Source: a virus (taxonomy: Duplodnaviria; Caudoviricetes). Taken from it: a stretch of DNA of 29,471 nucleotides. Below the pieces are notes generated by a model, which saw only the letters and a program-made list of their open reading frames with translations, was not told the DNA's origin and searched no databases. Location: positions 1-29,471 of IMG/VR virus record IMGVR_UViG_3300043756_000018. The stretch is one strand, 5' to 3'. The position numbers were made by a program, and so were the translations under genes. Positions 23,984-29,471 of the stretch are shown here, piece after piece (positions within the stretch are counted from its first letter, which is position 1; each line of letters starts with the position of its first letter).

Positions 23984-25516
23984 TTACGCGGCCACCCACT
24001 CGCCGTCCTCCAGTCGCTCCCACCCGCGCGGATTCGTGATCACGGTCGTGCGAGCCGCACCGTTGTAATCGTCCGTCTCATGGGCCTTGACCGTGAACGC
24101 GGCCCGGACGACGTCGCCCTGCTTCAGCCAGTCGCCGTTCCCCCACCAGGTCAGGTGGTTCCCGTCGGGCGTGATGCCCTTGACCAGCGTCCGGACGCCG
24201 TAGGCGCTCTCGAACGAGCGGGTGAAGGACACCGTGAACTCCAGGCCCTTGATCCGCTTCTTGACCTCGCCGAACCACTCGGACTCGCTGGCCTCCTTCG
24301 CCTTGCGCTCCCGCTTGATCTCGCCCTCGATCTCGCGGCGACGCGCCATCGGCGTGTAGGCCACGAACCCGCTGCCCTTCTTGGGAACCCAATCCGACCT
24401 GGTGTAAGTCACCAAGTTGTGGAAGAACTCGGAGTCGTTCTCGCTCATCTTCGAGAAGTCGCGGTCGGCCACGTCCTCCCGGATCCAGTCGAGCGCGAGC
24501 CGGGCCTCCTCGAAGTCGGCCTCGGTCACCTCGATCCGGTGCTTCTTGTTCCGCTCGAAGTAGTTGCTCTCCGCGCGGTCAGCGGTGGCGTCGTAGTTCC
24601 GCTCGCTGTACCCGTAGCCATCCTTGCGCCAGCGGCTCACCCAGCCGCTCTCGCGGACGACCGCCAGCACGTGCGCGATGTAGTCGACGGTCTTCATTGC
24701 GATCCGCCCGCCGCCGCCGCCGAAGCCGCCGTCGTCCTCGCTGCCGAGGTCGCTGTAGAGCGCCTCAAGCCACTCGGCCCACGCGGCGATCCGCTCCGGG
24801 TTGTGAGCGCCGGTGTAGTCCGCCACGCACGTCGTGCCCACCTGGCGCAGCGCCCCAGTCTCGACCTCGTAGAGGACGTAGGTCTGGTTCCGGCGGCGCT
24901 TGTAGCCGCAGTGGACGCAGTCAGGACCGGCGGACCGGTACTCGGTCAGGTCGGCGTTCTCGACCGCGAGCGCGGCGTCCTCGCCGATCCGATCCTTCAG
25001 GTGGGCCCCGACCGGCGCGCGGCGGATGCCGACGCCAGCGTCGGCGCCCTCGTCCGCCTCATGGTCGAGCGTTGCGACGAACACCCACCCCGCGATCATC
25101 GGCGTCTCGCCGTTGACGGTGAGGAAGGTGTAGTCGACGACCCGGTCGTGGCCGTCCTCGCGGAACGTGTACTGATCGTGCTCGTCGGAGACGGTCACGA
25201 CGACCGGCTCGGTCCCGAGCTTGACCGCCTTCTTGTTCAGCTTCTCGATCCGCGCGGCAAGCTCGTCGAGCTTGGAATCCACGACGCGGAACACCGAACC
25301 GCCGACCTCCTCATGGAGCCCGGCTACCTCGCGCGCCAGCGCCTCGGCCTCAGCCTGCGCGGCCTTCACATCGGGATGATCGAGCGTTTCCTCCCACGCG
25401 CGCTTCCAGTCCGCTGCCTTGTGGTCACGGACTTCCTCGCGCACGTTTCGGACCCGCTCGCGCGCGAGGTCTAGCTCACGCTGGCGCTCCCAAACGCTCT
25501 TCAGTTCAACGGCCAT
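23984..25516 (-). CDS. Conserved phage protein with Zn-finger (CxHC...QVGxxC) and C-terminal OB-fold-like domain, 510 aa
   Basis: CVHCGYKRRRNQTY...QVGTTCVADY; YG...L....DGN...WW...TVKAH..Y.G..TT.IT; start revised to 25516 (SD GAGGAG). Confidence 0.8.
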   Translation of the reverse strand: MAVELKSVWERQRELDLARERVRNVREEVRDHKAADWKRAWEETLDHPDVKAAQAEAEALAREVAGLHEEVGGSVFRVVDSKLDELAARIEKLNKKAVKLGTEPVVVTVSDEHDQYTFREDGHDRVVDYTFLTVNGETPMIAGWVFVATLDHEADEGADAGVGIRRAPVGAHLKDRIGEDAALAVENADLTEYRSAGPDCVHCGYKRRRNQTYVLYEVETGALRQVGTTCVADYTGAHNPERIAAWAEWLEALYSDLGSEDDGGFGGGGGRIAMKTVDYIAHVLAVVRESGWVSRWRKDGYGYSERNYDATADRAESNYFERNKKHRIEVTEADFEEARLALDWIREDVADRDFSKMSENDSEFFHNLVTYTRSDWVPKKGSGFVAYTPMARRREIEGEIKRERKAKEASESEWFGEVKKRIKGLEFTVSFTRSFESAYGVRTLVKGITPDGNHLTWWGNGDWLKQGDVVRAAFTVKAHETDDYNGAARTTVITNPRGWERLEDGEWVAA

Positions 25517-25587
25517 CAAGTCTCCTCGGTCGATGCGAGCCCTCTCGCCCGCACCAACATGGTAGCACACGACGTGTGCTCCGTCAA
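25517..25587 (-). promoter_or_regulatory. Class E cassette copy 3: SigA-type promoter TTGACG-17-TACCAT with palindromic operator AGCACAC-GTC-GTGTGCT in the spacer, hairpin, SD
   Basis: -35 at 25582-25587, -10 at 25559-25564, operator 25564-25580, hairpin 25532-25555, SD 25522-25531. Confidence 0.85.
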
Positions 25588-25624
25588 GGTCGTGCCTGCA
25601 TTCCAGGGGGAATGACAGGACGGG

Positions 25625-26158
25625 CTAGGACGACTTGCTGCTGCCCGAGCTACCAGCGGCGCCGCCGACCGCCTTACCGACCTTCTTAGCGCCGGTCGCT
25701 GCGCGGGCCGTCGCCCGCAAAGCCTCCCACTGAGCCAACGCCGCCGCCGCTGCCGCGCGGACCTCTGGCTTGACGCCGCCGCGTCCGGTGGCCCACCGCT
25801 TGATCACGCCGATCGCCGCCGCAATCGCCATCGAGCGCGGCCTGCCGGACTTCATGATCCCGGCGGCGACGTTCTGGATGTACGGCGGCAGCATCATGCC
25901 CTTGTGATGCCAGAGCGGCCCGGGCCCGAGCGGGTGCGGCGTGACCGCGTAGGCAGCGGTCTTCTCGGACTCCTCTAGTTCGGTCGGCAGCCACTCCTCG
26001 GCGTGCTCATCGAGCCAGTGGTCGAACACCTCCTGCGCCTCAACGTTGATCTTCAGCGCCCGGAGATGAGCCAGAGCCTTCGCCCGCGTCGGGTGGACCT
26101 TGACGACGGCGCCGGTGTCCTCGCGGATCACCGTGTTGCCTCTCAGCGCGTATGGCAT
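25625..26158 (-). CDS. Head-associated accessory protein, 177 aa
   Basis: GGAGGAG SD before ATG 26158; MPY...HPTRAKALAHLRAL and LPPYIQNVA...S.AIA.AI..IKRWA motifs that I recall from actinophage head-region proteins. Confidence 0.7.
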   Translation of the reverse strand: MPYALRGNTVIREDTGAVVKVHPTRAKALAHLRALKINVEAQEVFDHWLDEHAEEWLPTELEESEKTAAYAVTPHPLGPGPLWHHKGMMLPPYIQNVAAGIMKSGRPRSMAIAAAIGVIKRWATGRGGVKPEVRAAAAAALAQWEALRATARAATGAKKVGKAVGGAAGSSGSSKSS

Positions 26159-26429
26159 CTCGCTCCTCCGTCGACTCCTCGTCGAGCGGCTCGCCGCAGT
26201 AGGGGCACCGGATGGGCGATCTCCTCTTGCCGTTCTGGTGCTCGATCCCGAGGTAGGTGGCAATCGCGCCGATCGCGGCACCGAGCGCCGTCGACAGCGC
26301 CGCCGCCTCCGCGTCCGACACGTGTCCGTGGTGCGGGATGAACTCGACGGCGATCAGCAGCACCAGCGTGCCGGTGACGCCGAAGGCGAGGATCACTGCA
26401 ACAAGCGCGTGCGGATCCCACTTCCGCAC
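26040..26429 (-). CDS. Two-TM membrane protein (holin-like size) with CPYC motif
   Basis: Hydrophobic segments ALVAVILAFGVTGTLVLLIAV and AAALSTALGAAIGAIATYLG; 3' end overlaps the next gene by about 120 nt. Confidence 0.6.
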   Translation of the reverse strand: MRKWDPHALVAVILAFGVTGTLVLLIAVEFIPHHGHVSDAEAAALSTALGAAIGAIATYLGIEHQNGKRRSPIRCPYCGEPLDEESTEERDAIRAERQHGDPRGHRRRRQGPPDAGEGSGSSPGAEDQR

Positions 26430-26430
26430 C

Positions 26431-26847
26431 TCAGGATGTTGCGACTCCCCAGGACTCGGGCAGCGTGTGCGCGAGCTTGAGCGCCTTGGCGCGCTTGACG
26501 ATGTGCGCCTTGATCGCCGCCTTGTCCGGGGGATTCCCGCGCCCGAACGCCTTGACTGCCGCCTTCAGGTCGCCGCCGTGCTTGATCGGGTAGCGCCCGC
26601 CCTTCATCGCGTGGCCCTTGGCCTCCAGCTTCGCGCGCTCCTTCGGATGAACGAAGCGCTCCTCAAGCTGGCGGCGCAGCACCTTCTCGCGCGCGTACGC
26701 GCGCACGAAGTCGGACGAGGTACCCGACTCGACGGCTTCCTTGCGATCGTCGATCGCGTCCTGCAGCTTGTACCAGGGGTCGGGCGGCAGATCCTGGTCC
26801 TCTAGCTCCTCGTCCTCTTCGGTCTTGTCTTTGACCTGGTCGGTCAT
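26431..26847 (-). CDS. DUF6582-like head-associated protein, 138 aa
   Basis: G.AM.GG.YPI....DLKAAVKAFGR......IKAHIVKRAKAL.....LPESW; GAGGAGG SD. Confidence 0.75.
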   Translation of the reverse strand: MTDQVKDKTEEDEELEDQDLPPDPWYKLQDAIDDRKEAVESGTSSDFVRAYAREKVLRRQLEERFVHPKERAKLEAKGHAMKGGRYPIKHGGDLKAAVKAFGRGNPPDKAAIKAHIVKRAKALKLAHTLPESWGVATS

Positions 26848-26857
26848 GACTCCCTCC

Positions 26858-29041
26858 TCATGCTCGGACTGTGGCGACTGCCGGGCCGGTCGCGAGCCCG
26901 CGAATTCGGCGGCGGGCCTGCGCCTCCCGCGTCAGTTCCTGCGGCGACCGCTGTCTGATCGCCCGGTAGCGCTCGCCCGCTCCGGTCGTGTGCTCGATCC
27001 CGGCGGCGTTCTTCAGATCGTCGGCGAGCTTCTGGCCCCATGGATTGCCGCTCGATCCGAGCACCTCGGCGGCAGCCGCGAGCAGATCGCTGTTCGTGTG
27101 CACGTCCTTTGGAAGCTCGGGCGCTGCCACCGGCTCTGGCCTGGGCCGCTTGGGCGCGGCGGCTCGCATCTGAGCGAACACCTCGCGGCGGATCTCCTCC
27201 TCATGCTCGGTCGGACGCAGCGCCTCCCAGGCGCCTGGATCGAACGCGGGCAGACGGCTGCTCGACGTTCCGCCCTGACGAATCAGCTTGCGGGCCTCGC
27301 CCGCGTGAAAGTCAGCGGCTCTCTGTGCCTTCTCGGCAAGCTCGGGGGTCCGGGCGCCCTTGATCCTGTCGCGCCACATCTGGGCACGCGTCTGGTGCAG
27401 CTTGATCGCGTCCTTACGGCTCGGCTCCCTGCCGACCAGCCCGAACTTCTCGGCCCACTTGCCGCCGCGCCCGCGAGGATGGAGCTTCTCGTCCCACGCC
27501 CTGAGCGCCTCAGCGAGCCGCTCCTGTGCGAGCTTCTCTCGCGCACGCGCACGCGAGAACTCGAACCCGTCCCTGGCCGACTTGCGCGCGTTGATCGCCT
27601 CGACCAGCGCGGTAGCCCACGTCGCGACGTTGCGCGAGTCAGGGATCTGCAGATTCGGCTCGACACGCATGCCGGTCCGAGTCCAGATCGGCTGGTCGTA
27701 CGCGGGCGTCGTGTCGCGGCTGTCCTTGATCGAGTGGGACACGTCGCCGCCGAAGCCGAAGAACAGCGTTTCCTCCAGGTCCGGTGTCTTCCCGGACTGC
27801 TCTGCTGCGTGCCTGACCGCGACAGCCGTCGGCTTCGGGATCGCCGTCGTCGCCGCCTTCGCCGCCGTTGTCTTCTTCGTCGTCGTGGTCTTGGTCGTGG
27901 TCGTCTTGGTCGCCGTGGTCGTGCCGACTACGAGACCGGACAGCAGTCCCTTCGTCGCGTTGTCCATCGTGCCGGTGGCAGGCAGGTTGTGGGCGCTCTG
28001 AAGCCTCTTCACGGCAGCCTCCGTCTCCGGGCCGAACTGGCCGTCCTGGGTGACTGTGTATCCGGCCTTCGTCAGCGCTGCCTGCACGTTCTTGACGTTC
28101 GTGTTCGGCTTGGCTGCCGTGCCGGTGCCCGGCGTCAGTGAGCCGGTACCGAAGCCCGCGAGCGTGGTCTTGGCGGTCGCCGACGCGGTCGTGGCAGTCT
28201 TCGCCGCCGTGGTCTTGGCGGTTGTCGTCGCCTTCTTCGTCGTGGTCGTGGCCTTCGCGCCGGTCGACGTGAGCCCCTTCGCCTTCTGCACCTGCGCCAG
28301 CGTCTGGGCGGGCGGGTTCTGCATCACCTCCAGCGTCGCCGCGTCGATGCCGCCGCTCGGGTCGAGCCCGTAGCGCTGCTGGAACTGGCGAATCGCCGCC
28401 TGCGTGGCCGCATCGTTCTGCCCGGTGATCGGGACCTTGAAGCCAAGCTGCTGCAGGCGCTGCTGAAGCTGCTCGTTCGTGATGGTCCCGGCTGCCGAGC
28501 CCGGCTTCACGATCCACTTGCCGCCGCGTCCGCGAGGATGCTGCTGCTCGGCGAACTGCACCTGCTCTTCCATCTCGCCCGGCTGCTGCAGCTTGATCCG
28601 CAGCGTCGGCACGTTCGGCTCAGGAAGCTCTGTGGGCTCGCCTGCGGGCTCCTGAGCGGTTTCGCCGTCGCCGTTGGTGCCGCCGTTCCGGAGAGCGTCG
28701 CGTTCCGCCTTGAGCGCGTCTGTGCTCTTGCGGATCTTGGTGTACGCCGCCTTCGCGCCGCGCAGCTTGTGGACGGCGTGATCGGGCGGTAGCTGGAGCA
28801 CCTCCATCGTCGTGCGGTCGATCCCCTGGCTCGGTCTCAGCCCGTGTTTCTCCTGGAACGCCTGGACGGCGATGTGGGTGTACGGGCCGTACTGGCCGTC
28901 GGTCGGCGTGTCGAACCCAAGCTCTCGCAGGCGCGTCTGGAGATGCGCCACCGTCTGGTCGGGTCCGCCTGCGCCGTAGCCCTTGCCGTACTGGGTGACG
29001 TACGCGTTGTCCGAACTGATCCTCGGCGTCGAGACCGACAC
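26858..29041 (-). CDS. Multi-domain protein with three peptidoglycan-binding (PG_binding_1) domains and two HPRGRGGKW motifs, 727 aa
   Basis: Three (L/V)Q..L...G(F/Y)...(D/T)GQ....T..A...(F/L)Q...(G/N)L...G..D..T repeats; Thr/Lys/Ala linkers; no recognisable catalytic domain. Confidence 0.85.
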   Translation of the reverse strand: MSVSTPRISSDNAYVTQYGKGYGAGGPDQTVAHLQTRLRELGFDTPTDGQYGPYTHIAVQAFQEKHGLRPSQGIDRTTMEVLQLPPDHAVHKLRGAKAAYTKIRKSTDALKAERDALRNGGTNGDGETAQEPAGEPTELPEPNVPTLRIKLQQPGEMEEQVQFAEQQHPRGRGGKWIVKPGSAAGTITNEQLQQRLQQLGFKVPITGQNDAATQAAIRQFQQRYGLDPSGGIDAATLEVMQNPPAQTLAQVQKAKGLTSTGAKATTTTKKATTTAKTTAAKTATTASATAKTTLAGFGTGSLTPGTGTAAKPNTNVKNVQAALTKAGYTVTQDGQFGPETEAAVKRLQSAHNLPATGTMDNATKGLLSGLVVGTTTATKTTTTKTTTTKKTTAAKAATTAIPKPTAVAVRHAAEQSGKTPDLEETLFFGFGGDVSHSIKDSRDTTPAYDQPIWTRTGMRVEPNLQIPDSRNVATWATALVEAINARKSARDGFEFSRARAREKLAQERLAEALRAWDEKLHPRGRGGKWAEKFGLVGREPSRKDAIKLHQTRAQMWRDRIKGARTPELAEKAQRAADFHAGEARKLIRQGGTSSSRLPAFDPGAWEALRPTEHEEEIRREVFAQMRAAAPKRPRPEPVAAPELPKDVHTNSDLLAAAAEVLGSSGNPWGQKLADDLKNAAGIEHTTGAGERYRAIRQRSPQELTREAQARRRIRGLATGPAVATVRA

Positions 29042-29084
29042 AGAGGAAGGGTATGGCCGCTCCCGGACTCAGGCGGATATGGAT
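29042..29084 (-). promoter_or_regulatory. Class L promoter copy 4: ATCCATAT-N23-TACCCT-N6-GTG
   Basis: Box 29077-29084, -10 at 29048-29053; no SD before the GTG. Confidence 0.65.
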
Positions 29085-29224
29085 CCTCGTAGCCTTCGGG
29101 TCCGCATCAGCCAGTGCCCATCGCCGTAGGCGATGTCGACGGCGACGCGCTTGCGCCCGCGCCGGAAGTACAGCGTCTCGCCACCAGCCACTAGCCGTCC
29201 CTGATCCGGGAACCAGTACACCAC
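29069..29224 (-). CDS. Possible small hypothetical protein (VVYWFPDQGRLVAGGETLYFRRG...)
   Basis: Protein-like composition, fills the gap; start uncertain. Confidence 0.4.
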   Translation of the reverse strand: MVYWFPDQGRLVAGGETLYFRRGRKRVAVDIAYGDGHWLMRTRRLRGSISA

Positions 29225-29237
29225 CTGGAGCCACGTC

Positions 29238-29471
29238 TCAATCGGCTGGGGCCTCAGATCGTCTGCTCCGGTACTCGGCGAACACTTGAGGCCAGTATCG
29301 CCGCATGCCGCGCCGGACCGTCCTGTCGCCGCCGTTGTCGCCGGGGTCGTTCTCGATCCAGGCGAAGCACCAGTCCGCGATGCCGATGATCTCCTCATCG
29401 GCGAGCGGGTTGCCCTCGCCGTCCACACCGGCCTCCACGATGCGCCGATGCGCCCACTCCCCGACCGCGTG
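29238..29471 (-). CDS. 3' end of a hypothetical protein (open to window edge)
   Basis: Frame open from 29471 to TGA at 29238; high GC3. Confidence 0.55.
   Translation of the reverse strand, partial: HAVGEWAHRRIVEAGVDGEGNPLADEEIIGIADWCFAWIENDPGDNGGDRTVRRGMRRYWPQVFAEYRSRRSEAPAD

Noticed and set aside
25595-25620. Hairpin CATTCC-N4-GGAATG after the 177-aa gene as a terminator
   Set aside because: No U-tract and a short stem; insufficient support
26984-26996. GTCGTGTGCT operator half-site
   Set aside because: Only one arm, inside a CDS, with no -10, hairpin or SD
23963-28141. Long plus-strand ORFs (23963..25474, 26741..28141)
   Set aside because: Antisense shadows of high-GC3 minus-strand genes; no recognisable motifs

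Overview
High-GC bacteriophage (or prophage) segment, probably from an actinobacterial host (inferred from composition and protein families). All credible genes lie on the minus strand. In transcription order (right to left) it carries: head-associated accessory genes (a 3x peptidoglycan-binding-domain protein, a DUF6582-like protein, a 2-TM protein); a Zn-finger/OB-fold protein; a large block of modular collagen-like and tail-fibre-like genes (BppU-like anchor, double tail-collar fibre, three tandem paralogous tip proteins, a chaperone); an island of about 10 small non-structural ORFs; two Mtd_N/collagen proteins (one 1091 aa, rich in Gly-Asp-Thr/Gly-Pro-Thr); a SAP domain that seems reachable only by a -1 frameshift; a GT2-TPR glycosyltransferase; then prohead protease-scaffold, DUF2190 decoration protein and Mu gpT-like major capsid protein. 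The most striking unannotated structure is a two-class promoter grammar. Four leaderless ATCCAT(C/A)T-N23-YANNNT-N6/7-start promoters head the structural blocks. Three cassettes of palindromic operator, -10, hairpin and SD head the non-structural islands. Other candidates are a plug-and-socket branched fibre system and phage-encoded glycosylation of collagen fibres. All family assignments come from motif recognition by eye; no searches were run.
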